Part shown: positions 24,718 to 38,302 of the stretch, piece after piece
How positions within the stretch are numbered: the first letter of the stretch is position 1
Layout: each line of letters begins with the position of its first letter
NCBI RefSeq assembly: GCF_006345805.1
Contig: NC_043002.1
Coordinates: forward strand, 65,596,001-65,660,000
Source: Octopus sinensis
Lineage: Eukaryota
Direction of reading: 5' to 3'
DNA: 64,000 nt
Position numbers and translations under genes: made by a program
Notes under the pieces: model-generated
What the model saw: only the letters and a program-made list of their open reading frames with translations
What the model was told of the DNA's origin: nothing
The model's database searches: none

Positions 24718-25114
24718 GAAAGGGAAGAATGCTACTGTTATTTAACTCTGGGAAACACCGTTTCTTGTTCGACTTCACACATTTCTTGTGCCCTTAGGTT
24801 TTCAACGTGGAGATAAGCACTTCCACCCAGCAAAGCCAGCATCCAGGATATATTATTCCTATCTTCAAAAATCAGTGAATGTATTTCACTTGAAATATAT
24901 GTTTTCAAAGGCGGATAGGCATCGACAGCTAGCAAGCCATGCTATCCAGACTGATGAGGAGCAAGGAGTCTGAAACTAGTCTCTGAGTGCTGGCTTTACT
25001 GGGTGGAAGTGTTTATCTCCCCTTTGTAAACATAAGGAGACAGGAAATGTGTCCAACAATCCAACAAGAAACGGCATTTCCTAGGGCTAAATAACAATAG
25101 CATTCTTCCCTTTC
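24718..25114. mobile_element. Element with ~125-bp inverted repeats enclosing a hammerhead motif
   Basis: 24718-24841 versus the reverse complement of 24988-25114 is roughly 80% identical by eye (GAAAGGGAAGAATGCTA..TGTTATTTA...CACTTCCACCCAG.AAAGCCAGCA). Confidence 0.8.
24947..24985 (+). ncRNA. Minimal type I hammerhead ribozyme with palindromic helix III
   Basis: CAGA-CTGATGA-GGA-gcaaggag-TCT-GAAA-CTAGT-C-TCTG. Helix I is CAGA/TCTG, helix II is GGA/TCT, helix III is the ACTAGT palindrome, and the triplet is GUC (H17 = 24981). Confidence 0.72.
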
Positions 25115-25272
25115 ATGGAACTGTCACATTAAGTCGACAGCATACTATCACTTTATCGTGCTGCTACTCCATAAATCTCTGTCAGAGATTTAGAAATATA
25201 TTACTTCTATTTTCACACACACACTCTCACACCACACACACACACACACATACACAAATATATATGTATATG

Positions 25273-25318
<46 letters not shown>

Positions 25319-26023
25319 GACTGTACAATATATGTATACGCTTATAAATACTCATCATACATATATAGAAAGGTTGACAAAAAGATAGAGAAAGAGAGAA
25401 AGGGGGAATTAGAGAGAGAAAAAGATTGTTTAGTGTAAGCGGAAGCAATAGGAATACATATTAATCAATACAGATAACAATATAGATTTATAACAAGGGA
25501 ATATACGTGTTTGTATGCAATTAACTAAATGGTATACTCCGCTGTCTATCTGTATGTATGTATGCATGTATGTATGTACGTATGTATGTATGTATACATG
25601 CATGCATGCATATATTATGTATGTATGTATGTATGTATGTATGTATGTGTATGTATGTATGTATGTATGTATGCATGTATGTATGTATGTATTTATGTGT
25701 GCATGTATGTGTGCATGCATGCATGTATGTAACTACCTCTACCTATATATTTGAATGTTTATCAGTATATACGTATGTATATATTTGTCAGTATGTATGC
25801 ATATGTATTTGTATTAGCATATATGTGAATATATGTATGTATGTATGTATGTATGCATGCATGTATGTGTGCATCAATGCATGTATGCAAATACGCATAT
25901 ACGAATTATCAGTACGAATGTGAAAGTGTGTCGAGGCACAAATGCATCAAAATTCGTTCGTCATTATGGAAAGACTTAGGCACATACATAGATTTTTCAC
26001 TTCTTTTGTGTTACATATTAACA

Positions 26024-26387
26024 CAGTAGAACCTCGCAATACAAGTGCTCCATTGTACGAGTAATTTGTTCTACGAGCTGAGATCCGTGCGAATTTTTGT
26101 CTTAAAGTACGAGCAGAAATCCGCAGTACGAGTACACAAATTGTTCCATCTTTAAGATAATTAAGTTTATAAAACCAATTTACATATTTCTTTTGTATCC
26201 TCTTTTTTTCATAATTGTAATTTTACTTGTAACTAAACCCATTCTGTTTTAAAACCCATAAAAAATTATTTTTTAGTGTCTCTTAGAGACTGGAAGAGAT
26301 TAATAATATTTTAGTTAATTTGAATTGTAAAACGTAAGACGAGCTCGGTCATAGAACGAATTAAACTTGTGCTGCAAGGTATTACTG
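26024..26387. mobile_element. Pogo/Tigger-type MITE
   Basis: TIRs CAGTAGAACCTCGCA and TGCAAGGTATTACTG, flanked by CA on both sides (TA expected). Confidence 0.65.
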
Positions 26388-26402
26388 CATATACATATGA
26401 AT

Positions 26403-26972
26403 AAGGCGGTGAGGTATTCGAATCGTTGGCATGCCGGAAAAATTGCTCAGCAGCATTTGGTCCGTCTATGTGTTCTGAGCTCAAATTCCGCCGAGGTCGT
26501 CTTTGTCTTTCACCCTTTTAGGAGTAGATATAATCAGTACCACTTGAGCACTAAGGGTGATGTAATTGCTACTCTTGTGCCAAAATTTGTAAGCAATATA
26601 TAAATACATGGTAGGATGCTAGCTTCCCAAACACATGGTTCTGGGTTCAGTCCCATTGCGTGGCCCTTGGGCTACTTTCATTTCCTATAGTCTCTCACCG
26701 ACCTAGGTCTTGTGAGTCGTGCGTATATATATGTGTGTGTGTGAGTATACGGATGTGTGTGTCTGTATATGTCTTTCTCCGCCATCATTGGTTGACAACA
26801 GTGTTGGTGTGTTTATGTCCACATAACTTAGCGGTTCCACAGATTAAAATAATTACTAGGCTTACAAAGAATAAGTCGTGGAGGGCGATTTCTTCGATTA
26901 AAAACCCTTTAAGTTGGTGCTCCAACATGGCCCCAGTCAAATGACTAAGAAAGTTAAAAGAGTAAAAGAATA
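26403..26972 (+). mobile_element. Two adjacent tRNA-derived SINEs (26403-26590 and 26610-26972)
   Basis: They match the two SINE families described above. Confidence 0.8.
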
Positions 26973-27032
26973 TAAACAAACCGAAACTCACACAAACACA
27001 CACACACACACAAACACGCACACACACACACA

Positions 27033-27076
<44 letters not shown>

Positions 27077-27118
27077 TGCACACATGTATATTTGTCTGCA
27101 GACAGACAAATACGCTAC

Positions 27119-27178
<60 letters not shown>

Positions 27179-27496
27179 CGTATGTGTGTGTGTGTGTGTG
27201 TATAAAGCTAACATATACACTTATAAGCTTCATATTGATCTCTCTATCCTTTCTTTGTATCTGCACACCCACGCATACGAATACACTCCACATATACACA
27301 CACACCCACGCAGACTGAGGACACAAACACACATGGAAATAATCATACGTACGCATATTGTGTACACATATATTCACACACAACCTGTATTCTCTTAACG
27401 CGTTTCTCCCTTTATCTTTCCCTCAGTCTCTCTCCCTCTCTCTCTCTCTTACTTACCCTCTTTCACTCTCTGTTTCTCCCCTCTCTCTTCTTAGTA

Positions 27497-27544
<48 letters not shown>

Positions 27545-27778
27545 TATACATATACATATGAGTTTGCGTGTGTGTATATATATATGCGAATATATATATA
27601 TTTACATATACATATATATATACAAACACACACACACACATATATATATCTATATACATACATACGTATATACGCCGACGCATAGGCGCACACTCGCACA
27701 TATATATATGTGTAAGATATATATATATATTTAAATGTCACATATACGCACGTAGACCCACCCACATATATGCATACA

Positions 27779-27849
<71 letters not shown>

Positions 27850-27967
27850 CATATGTATGTATATACATATATGTGTGTATATATATATATGTACATACGT
27901 ATATATTCATATATATATATATTATATATATTATATATATATATACATATTATATATATATATATAT

Positions 27968-28048
<81 letters not shown>

Positions 28049-28349
28049 AACTTATATATCAATAGCGTAGCCAGAATGTGTAAAGATTTAGAGGCCTGAT
28101 TGATTTCCTGTATTTTTATGTACTTTTATTGTATATGTACATTTTATTTTATTTTATTGCATTTTATTTCATTTCTATGTCGTTGTTTTTTTATTGCAGT
28201 TTGTTTTCGATTTTAACTGTTGCGCTCCAACCGGAAGGGATCAACTACATAACAAAACGAAAGTTGTGTTCCGCTCCGCTGCACTACAATAAACTCCTGG
28301 TTGCTTTCGTTTATTTTGTTATTTTCGATTTTTTTTTTTTTTTTTTTTT

Positions 28350-28511
28350 TGTGATCTACAACAATATCAAGTGCAGCATCAACAACAGCAACAACAACAA
28401 TGACGATAGTAACAAGTGAAACATCAATAAGAAACAATAGGCATCTTCAACAAAATATACAACAATAGAAACGATAGCAGCAAGAGAAAGAACAACAACA
28501 ACAACAACAAC

Positions 28512-28575
<64 letters not shown>

Positions 28576-28900
28576 TAAAGCAACAAAAAATAGAATATAG
28601 TGTATTATGAAACAAAAATAACAACAAAAAACTGGTCAGCAAAAATAACAACACGGAAGACAATAGCAACGACAACAGCAATAGCAATTTCATTCACTAA
28701 CATCAGCCCGCAAGTGCAAGCAGGTGTAATGAAAATAGAAGTCAAAACGGTAGCAACAACAACGGCCACATCATCATCATAATTATCACTTATAACAACA
28801 ACAACAACAAGGAAAGCGAAAACAACAACTACAATATGAACCACATCGACAACAACAACTGCAATTAATAGCGAAAAACCAGTATGACGGCATTATCAAA
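28350..28900. repeat. Compound (AAC)n/(AAT)n low-complexity tract
   Basis: Direct reading. Confidence 0.85.
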
Positions 28901-29316
28901 AATAGTTGACAACAAAGCGTTCGTACGAGCAAAGGCAACATCAGAAGCTGCAAAATGAGGGACAACCACAGGAATAAAACAGAAAACAACGAAGTCAATA
29001 TGATATCGGATAATTCTGTAGAGCATTGAGCAAGATACTTTGTGTTTTGTGTTAATTAGGTACATTACTTAGAGTGGTGTGTTCAAATTTCGCTTGGTTC
29101 TTCATCTCAGCTTTTATCCTACCAAGAGCGATCAAGCAAACAGGAAATAATGCGTAAAAGAGTGCATGCAATCAATCATGGTGGATATTTTTTCCTGTTT
29201 ATTAATTTTTTTTGTCCCTCCAGCAGGGATATATATTTGTGAATGTATCTACTAAAAGGATAATAAGAGGGAGAGAATGAGAAAGAGACGGACAGATAGA
29301 TTGATAGACAGATGGT

Positions 29317-29419
<103 letters not shown>

Positions 29420-29528
29420 CGAGATAGCTAGCGAGATAGATAGATAGATAGACAGGCAGAAAGACAGACAGATAGGCAGAGGGACGGACAAACAGACACA
29501 GAAGCAGAGACATGCAGATAAATAGATA

Positions 29529-29846
29529 ACTTTCTTTATTGGCCACACAGGGCTGGACACAGAGGGGACAATTACAAATGTAGAGCTTTTCTTTTCGGAG
29601 ATGGAAAAGGAAAAAGAAGAAGAAAAGAAAACAAATGTAAAATTTCGATCAAAAGGGATCGGAAGAAAAAGAAAAGCGATCAAAAGGGATCGGAAGAAAA
29701 AAAAAGCGATCAAAAGGGATCGTGTATCACAGAAAGAATTTTTTTTTTTCAAAGTAACAAACAAGATTAGGTTCATCCATGGAAAGAAAAGCCTACAGAA
29801 AAGACCATGGTAACACCAGGCAGGGAGGAAGTAAACACATGAGAGC

Positions 29847-29847
<1 letters not shown>
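29529..29847 (-). mobile_element. Solo Tx1 3' UTR inserted in (GATA)n
   Basis: Closely matches the 3' UTR of the coding copy at 47425-47650. It ends GGCCAATAAAGAAAGT then (TATC)n-like sequence, with (GATA)n on both flanks. Confidence 0.88.
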
Positions 29848-29922
<75 letters not shown>

Positions 29923-30422
29923 CGGTATACAGGTATACATGCATGATCAACACCGCATTGGAGGATAATAATTTTTAATCGTAAAGTGCTATCACAACGA
30001 TATTGTTTTCATGCAGAAATATTCGCTATTGTTTAATCGTAGTTTAAATAATGGCTACAACTCTTCCATATACATATACATGGACACAGACACACACACA
30101 TGCACGTGCTTAAGCACAGACACAGTTGTACGCTTATCCACACAGCTACTCACGCAAGTTTTATTGAAGTAATTTCTATAATGAATATGAGCATTGGTTG
30201 TTGATAATGATTTGCAAGTTTTACGAGAATTATTTGATAAGTAGCTCTTCCCATTTAAATACAATGCAGTGTCATAACAATTGACATTTTATACGGACAT
30301 GATTCTCCAGGGACGACCAATAGTGAGACCTGAGCCAATACCATATGCTTGCGGTGTATCGAGCTTAAGCACTTAAGACTGCGTACATATGTAAATATAT
30401 GTATGCATGCATATGTGTCTAT

Positions 30423-30511
<89 letters not shown>

Positions 30512-30528
30512 CAGATAGATAGATAGAC

Positions 30529-30640
<112 letters not shown>

Positions 30641-31160
30641 GTGTATATATGGCTTCAATAATAATTATTAATATGAGCTATTTATTTCTAGACTCTCTAA
30701 TGGCAGAAACAAGTAAACAATGAGAGATGTAGACACATATAATAGAAAAGCCTGGGTGTGGCTGGTAATTAAGAAGGCTTCGCCACCGAAAGCAAATCGT
30801 CCGTGTAGACAGTCTAACTGGCATGATGTTGGCTGTAAGACACTCATAGCTCGAAGCCAACGGGAGAATTCATTGCACCATGCACGCACGCACACACAAA
30901 CATACACACACATACGTATATATGTGTGTGTGTATATGTGTGTATACGCATACTTCTTTGTACATATATATATATATATATATGAGAGGTATTGGTATCT
31001 TGAAGACCCAAAGAGTGTCGGGTAAGACTAAGAAAGTGCTATGGACAGGATATCCATAATATCCCAGAAACAGCTGTAAGACCATTTCATTATAAATTTC
31101 CTGAAAGCTCCTTACAGCCTTTGCTTTGTTATCTAATTCTATCTAATATATCAATATATA

Positions 31161-32021
31161 CGAGGTCTGCTCAGTAAGTATCCAGACTGTTGCCATAGTA
31201 ACGAAGCTAACGCAGGCAGAGTGAAGCTGCTCGGCAAAGATTGACCTTCAACTCAGTTTTAACGTTCTTGTTCACTTCATCTGTTTACAGTAGCGCTTGG
31301 AAGGAACATGTGTAGGGTGTGATCGTCGCATTGACCATGACAGAGAAAGATGTCATGGTGATACCTTCTCAGAGGCCAACGCAAAGTTGCATAAATTTTG
31401 TGGAGAGGGTGTATGAGTCGCACAGACATATACGAGTAGTTCAGACGTTTCCAAGATGACCGGAAAAATGTCGATATCGACGAACGTTCTGTAAGACCCG
31501 CAACCAGCAGAACTGAGGAAAAACATCTGTGAGGGAAGACCGTCCAATCACCATCCGTGATTTATCAGAGGATGTGCAAATTATTTACAGTTCAGTCTAT
31601 TATCACTGAAATTTTGGGTATGAGATGTGTTTCTGCCAAGTTTGTGCTAAAACTGCTTTCAGCTGACCAAAAAGACACTCCGGTTTCAATTGCACAAAAT
31701 CTCTTTGATTGCGTGGAGAACGATGAAGAACTTTTGAAAACTTTGCGTAGGATTCTGTGCAGTTATCGCCAAGCTTTTGGCAAAATTTTATGCAGATTCT
31801 CTGCTCAGCTTTCTCTGTCATGTTCAATGCGACGATAACACACTACACACGTTCCTTCGAAACACTTCTGTAAACAATGAAAGTGAACTAGAACGTTCAG
31901 ATATAGTGCGCATGCGCATGCATAGCAGGGTTCGAGGTCAATCTGTGCCAAACGGCTTCATTCTGTGTGCTTTGACCTCGTTACTATGTCAACAGTCCGG
32001 ATACTTATTGATCAGACCACG
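31161..32021. mobile_element. Non-autonomous mariner derivative made of two inverted 5' ends
   Basis: TA|CGAGGTCTGCTCAGTAAGTATCCAGACTGTTG and CAACAGTCCGGATACTTATTGATCAGACCACG|TA. The plus arm encodes EILGMRCVSAKFVLKLLSADQK. The minus arm encodes the N-terminus MTEKAEQRICIKFCQKLG. Confidence 0.88.
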
Positions 32022-32432
32022 TACATCATATAACTTAAACCATGTATATATAGTGGATATGTATATACGCACATACACAAACAAACACACACACAGGTAT
32101 ACATACATAAATATATTTTGACTTATATGTGTATCTATGTGGTGGGTGTATGCGTGTGTGTGTGTATGTGTGTGTATGTGTTTGTGTGTGTGTATGTGTG
32201 TGTGTGTGTGTGTGTGTAAACATTATCAACTACGTCATATGTAAACAAATATAAGTTTGTTTTTGAAGCGTTGAAATATATTGTAGAACATGGCTGGTTG
32301 CCGACAAACTTCTACTCTAAAAGGATTTTATCCTATATTATATATACTGTTCTGTCAGTATTTACGCGTTGAAAAATATATCTTTTTACTTGTTCTACTA
32401 TCAACCCCACATACATGACATACATCCGGCGT

Positions 32433-33087
32433 GTATTTGCCGCTAGGCTGTTATTAGCCTCATGAAGAATACTCTGTATGTTGAAACATCTTAGAGTTAT
32501 AGACAGGTGCGAAAACCCACCCTAAATTCCGTCTAGGAATGATGAACATCGATGTTTCGCCATTTTTGTGGCTTGTCAACAACATCAAGCAATTTATCTC
32601 CGAGCAGGGTCGGGGATAAATTATTTCGCCAGTCCGAAACTTTTATGCTCTTGGCGTGCATGTGTGTCTGGACAGTGCATTCAAAAGAATAAATTCTAAC
32701 ATGAGATAGAAGCCATGACAATTATCAAGCACATATACTTAATGTATATACCCAGAACATTTGCCGGTAGGCTGCTGTTGGTGTGCTGGATAATACTCTC
32801 TCAAAGCACTGATATATTTCATATTTGAATTTATAGGTAGGAACGAATTGGTCAGGTATATGCGCACATGGTTTGGGCGCCAATTGCAAATATGCCGTGG
32901 ACAGGCGATGTAATTCATCTCCGATCCGGGTCGGGTACATGATGTCGAGAAGTCACAAAAATGGCGAAACTCCTTGATTAGATTTGGGGTGGATTATCTC
33001 ACCTGTCCATGACTTGAAGGTGTTTTAACAACCGGTGCATTCAGAAAGCATTGTCCACCTCGCTATTAACAGCCTGCTGGCAAATAC
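32433..33087. mobile_element. Old fold-back element with ~160-bp diverged TIRs
   Basis: TATTTGCC..AGGCTGTTA.TAGC, GACAGGTG.GA.AA.CCACC and GTTTCGCCATTTTTGTG.CTT are mirrored at 32940-33087. Confidence 0.65.
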
Positions 33088-33118
33088 CTAGTGTGCCTAG
33101 ATATTTACGTTAAGTATA

Positions 33119-33333
33119 CAGTAATCCCACCCCATATCGCGGTTCACTAATCGCAGTTTATCATTTAAGCTTACGCCAATTGCTCAGTGGTTTTGTTTTG
33201 CATTTATAATAAAATAAATATACGCTAATCATAAAAATAATTTTGAAAATATACAATACTGTACTGTTTCTGCTTCGCGGATTTTCACTTAACGCGCGGG
33301 GTTTGGGAACGTAATACCCGCGAGGGATTACTT
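33119..33333. mobile_element. Pogo/Tigger-type MITE
   Basis: TA|CAGTAATCCC ... GGGATTACTT|TA. Confidence 0.7.
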
Positions 33334-33947
33334 TATGTGGTTGATAATATTTATTAGATTAATGCTGCTTCTATTCATATATGGTCGGTTGAATAATACA
33401 AACACCCACACACTCATACACACGCACACACATATATACATGTGTATATATACATACATATATTTTTTAACCGGTCATAACCGCGATACGGTTCACCATG
33501 CCGCGTTCGGTAGCTTTGTAACCCTTTAGTTCTTGTAGATCTTTAGTTTCATATTACGCGCCTCTCCCAATGTCATCTATGTAGTGGACAGCTTTATCTA
33601 TTGGAATATGGAAGATTCTAAATTATAGCAACCGATGTGCTCTAGTGTATGACACGACTGTAGGCAGCCAGGAAAGCCTACCCTGTGTTCACCAACAATG
33701 GTGGAGTTGTATGTGTCTATAAATCTGGTCTTGGTCTTGTACTCACAACGTAAGATACTATAAGCCCTCATGTGATGCATGGTGTATGAGCCATGAAATT
33801 GATCTTGATATGAGCTTGATACATATACACGTATTTATAGATATTTAGGTACACATGTCAACACAAATTTTACGAGTTGACTCTACTTTTATCTTTGAGA
33901 GCAATTGCTTAATCATCATTATACTTAATCTTGATTTAAACTGGTAA

Positions 33948-34488
33948 ATTTCTTTTATACTATAGGCAGAAGGCCTTAAATTTGGGGAAGGAGGGGTATA
34001 GTCGAAAGGATGAAAGGCAAAGTCGACCTCGGTGGAATTTGAACTCAGAACGTAGCGGCAGAAGAAATAACTATTTCTTTACTACCCACAAGGGACTAAA
34101 CACAGAGAGGACAAACAAGGACAGACAAACGGGTTAAGTCGATTAGATCGACCCCAGTGCGTAACTGGAACTTATTTAATCGACCCTGAAAGGATGAAAG
34201 GCAAAGTTGACCTCGGCAGAATTTGAACTCATAACATAGCAGCAGACGAAATACCTATTTCTTTACTACCCACAAGAGGCTAAACACGGAGAGGACAAAC
34301 AAGGACAGACAAACGGGTTAAGTCGATTATATCGACCCAAGTGCGTAACTGGTACTTATTTAATCGACCCCGAAAGTATGAAAGGCAAAGTCGACCTCGG
34401 CGGAATTTGAATTCACAATGTATCAGCAGACGAAATACCGCTACGCATTTCGCCCGGCGTGCTAACGATCCTGCCAGCCCGCTGCCTT
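33948..34488 (-). mobile_element. tRNA-derived SINE with a 184-bp body repeated about 2.5-3 times, flanked by a TSD
   Basis: GAAAG(G/T)ATGAAAGGCAAAG starts at 34004, 34188 and 34372. A single head lies at about 34440-34488. The TSD is TTAAA(C/A)TGGTAA. Confidence 0.85.
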
Positions 34489-34579
34489 AAAATGGTAACC
34501 TTAATTTAACACAGTGCCACATAACAAACAGCGCATGCGCACAGTGAGACGAAAGAACGCATAAACTCACACGTACAAT

Positions 34580-34900
34580 GAGTGGCAGTGATTTCATTAT
34601 TGCAGCTGATGATTTTAACAAACATGTTGGTCAGTACATTAATGGCTTTTACGATGTAAGTGGAGTCTATTGGTTACAGCATGATAAATGAGGCAGATTC
34701 AAGGCTTCTGGAGTTTTATGAAGGGTTATTGTGAATATCAAACATTTTCTTAGCAAAGAATGCACTATGCAACATAAGTTAGTGGCTAGTGACTTCTGTA
34801 TTAGAGCTAGGCGGACACAGGTAAGGAAAACAGCATGGAGAAGAAAGGTCTGGAAACTAAAAGATCAAGGATTTGGGAAAAGGTTTAGAGAAATACTGAT
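34580..34900 (+). pseudogene. RTE-clade apurinic-endonuclease domain fragment
   Basis: DFIIAADDFNKHVGQ (GDFN.HVG-like) and ECTMQHKLVASDFCIR...RRKVWKLKD. Confidence 0.75.
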
Positions 34901-35174
34901 GTACATGAATGTAAGAAAGTAGATTAAATACCTGTAACCCAGACAACGACTGATATTTTTTCCAAAATAATCTGTTTAGGGCTAGAGATGTGGTTGGGGA
35001 TGTGTAGCACTGACATGTGGTTGGAGCAAAATCCTAGTCAAGCCAAATGTAATATGACTGAGGAATTGTAAGGTTATTAGGGCAGTCAAGACTTAATCTT
35101 GATTTAAAATGGTAACCTTAATTTAACATAACACACAGCGCATGTGCACACTAAGACAAACAAACACATACACA

Positions 35175-35212
<38 letters not shown>

Positions 35213-35802
35213 ATTACATGAGTGTGCGTATTTCTGTACCTGTGTGGGCCTTCAGCACAGTTTCCGTGTAATTACCACATCTGACATTGATCGATTCCTA
35301 GCTTAACATTGATCGATCCCTGGTCATGTTATAAGGTCACCCTTACTCAATACACCATGTTAGTGAGATCGAACCTAGAATTATGTAGCTGTGATGTGAA
35401 CTGCATCACAGCGACATTATGTAGACATTATATATATACAATAGGAAATCGATACATGCGTATATACAAGTCCCCGCTAGTTTATTGATCACCTATAATG
35501 AAGTAGTTTACTCCAACGTTAATTTTGTATATTAACTGCTCTCTATATGAACATATATATATATATATATTATATATATATATATACATTTAGATATATA
35601 CACATACAAACATATATATATGCATACATACAAACATACATGCATGCATATATACATATATACATTTATATATAATGAATATATATATATACATATATAT
35701 ACATATATATACATATACATATACATATATATATATACATATATATATATATATTATATATATATATATTATATATATAATTATATATATATATATATAT
35801 AT

Positions 35803-35851
<49 letters not shown>

Positions 35852-36279
35852 CGTGAGTCTATGTTGGCACTAATATACATTGTTTGTAATACAAAAGAAA
35901 CTATAAACGAGAAGTGATTCTTAAAAGCGATGAACGCGTTGAATCGAAGCATACACGCATAGAAACACGGTTTCCCCTCATGAATGTACAGCTGGCTGGT
36001 GTAGGCAGAGTAATTACTGTTCTGTTGATAAGTGTTTCGCTGAGTTGCAGTTCTCGGGTCAAAATGTATTCTCATGCTTTGTCGCACCTTTTCTGAAATC
36101 CTGGATCAATTAGTTTAAAACACCCAGCTGTTAATGATGCGTCAATAAATATAGTCAAGCAACTATCTATGTGTATGTGTGTATGTGTGTGTATCTACGT
36201 ACATATATACATATCTATATACCTGTGTTTCATATACGTCTACACATGATAGATCGTTAGCCACTAGACACATTTTATC

Positions 36280-36445
36280 TCTCCTTGTTTCTCTCCTTGT
36301 TTTCTGGGGCCCTTTCTATAGAAGAGCGTAGGCTCGAAACGTAAAAGACTTTTTTCTATTCCTGAGCTTTATACTAATACATCTGTTTGTTTTGTACACC
36401 ACCTGTCTTCGTCTTTTGTTATATTTTTCGTAAACTCTCCCTATA
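36280..36445 (+). mobile_element. Penelope-like terminal repeat with a degenerate minimal hammerhead (36311-36348)
   Basis: CTTT-CTATAGA-A-GAGC-gtag-GCTC-GAAA-CGT-A-AAAG. The architecture is complete, but the core reads CTATAGA instead of CTGANGA. Confidence 0.55.
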
Positions 36446-36498
36446 TATACATGCATAGATAGTTAGTTAGATAGACAGACAGACAGACATACATACAT

Positions 36499-36632
<134 letters not shown>

Positions 36633-36649
36633 CAATATATATGTATATA

Positions 36650-37165
36650 CAGGATGTTCAGGCTAAATTTGACAGTTTTTGTTCTAGAAAAGGAAAACAA
36701 TATCTCAGCCAATGATAAAACCTATTTTAAAATATCAAACATATTAATTCGATTATGGTTAGGAGATAATAGTTTACGCAGAGTAACCGCCCTTAGTTTC
36801 TACCAGGGCCTCCAGACGGCTCTGCAACCAAATGCAAGCGTCTCTTACAATGTCCTTGGGAAGATCTTTGAACAGCTCCTTGATTTTGGCCACCAACTAA
36901 CTCGGCCTCGGTATTGCACGTAGAATGACTGGTGTCTTTCTCAACCACTGCCCCGCACACATAATAATCCATGAAATTACCGTCAAGGGAATTCGGAGGC
37001 CAGGTGAAATTCCCTGACAACTACTTCAGGCTTTTTCTGGTATATGGCAGGGAGCCGATTCCTGTCCTAAGACATGGCTTTCCAGCATCAATGCTCTAAA
37101 GCCGCAGATTCTATACGGGAGCTTTACATAGCCTTCTGAATTAAGGTCGTGTTTCAAAGATGTGG
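36650..37165 (-). mobile_element. Tc1/mariner-superfamily (maT/rosa-like) 3' fragment with terminal repeat
   Basis: TA|CAGGATGTTCAGGCTAAATT terminus. Frameshifted peptides LNSEGYVKL, QESAPCH and NFTWPPNSLDGNFMDYYV. Confidence 0.75.
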
Positions 37166-37643
37166 GCGCAGCAACATGTGTGTGTGTATGTGTGTGAGTG
37201 TATGTGGATGTGTAAGTGTAGGTCTGTCTGTCTGTGTGCATGCGTGCGTGTGTGAGTGTGTGTGCATTTATATATATTAATATATATATATTGGTGTATT
37301 GAAGTATACACAAAAACAATTAGACCTCAGTATATATGCATACATACATACATACATACATACATACTTACATAAACACATACAAGCATGCATACATACA
37401 CACATACATACATAAACATATATATACACACATACAATTATTTGGAACAGCTGGTACCAATTGTCTTTATTCTTAGTAGTGATTGTTTTGTCACCACGTT
37501 TAGTTGTTTTGCCGTTATAGTTGCCTTAGTCGTCGTTGTCTTTCTTGTTGTTGCATAAATAGAAACTACTGGTGTTGCTGCAAGGACTGTTGTTAGTATC
37601 TGAAAGTGTTTTGTCTTGTGCTACTATTCTCCTTATACCCAAC

Positions 37644-37680
<37 letters not shown>

Positions 37681-37699
37681 ATATATATATATATATATG

Positions 37700-37750
<51 letters not shown>

Positions 37751-37798
37751 CATATATATTATATATACATATATATATATATATATAATTATATATTA

Positions 37799-37848
<50 letters not shown>

Positions 37849-37904
37849 CATATAGATATTATATATATATATATATATTGTATACATATATATATAATAT
37901 GTGT

Positions 37905-38206
37905 GTTGTTGTTGTTGTTTGTTCTTTCTCGAGCCACGCCTGGCTCATAAGGCCGGTTTCCCGGTTTCCTTGGCGTATAGGATTCCCCACCTTGACGGGA
38001 CACCGGTCCCTCACAGGTGTGCTGCAAGATGCAGAAGGAAAGAGTGAGAGAAAGTGGTTGCGAAAGAGTCAGCAGAAGTTCACCATTACCTTCTCCACCG
38101 GAGCCACGTGGAGCTTAGGCGTTTCGCTCATAAACACATACACATCGCCCGGTCTGAGATTCGAACCCGCGAGTCCGCTGCTCTACCCACTAGGCCATGT
38201 GCCTCC
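37905..38206 (-). mobile_element. tRNA-derived SINE with an (AAC)n tail
   Basis: Head GGAGGCACATGGCCTAGTGGGTAGAGCAGC..GGGTTCGAATCTC and tail GGCGTGGCTCGAGAAAGAACAAACAACAACAAC. Confidence 0.82.
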
Positions 38207-38235
38207 ACGCACACACACACACACACACACACACC

Positions 38236-38269
<34 letters not shown>

Positions 38270-38271
38270 AT

Positions 38272-38302
<31 letters not shown>

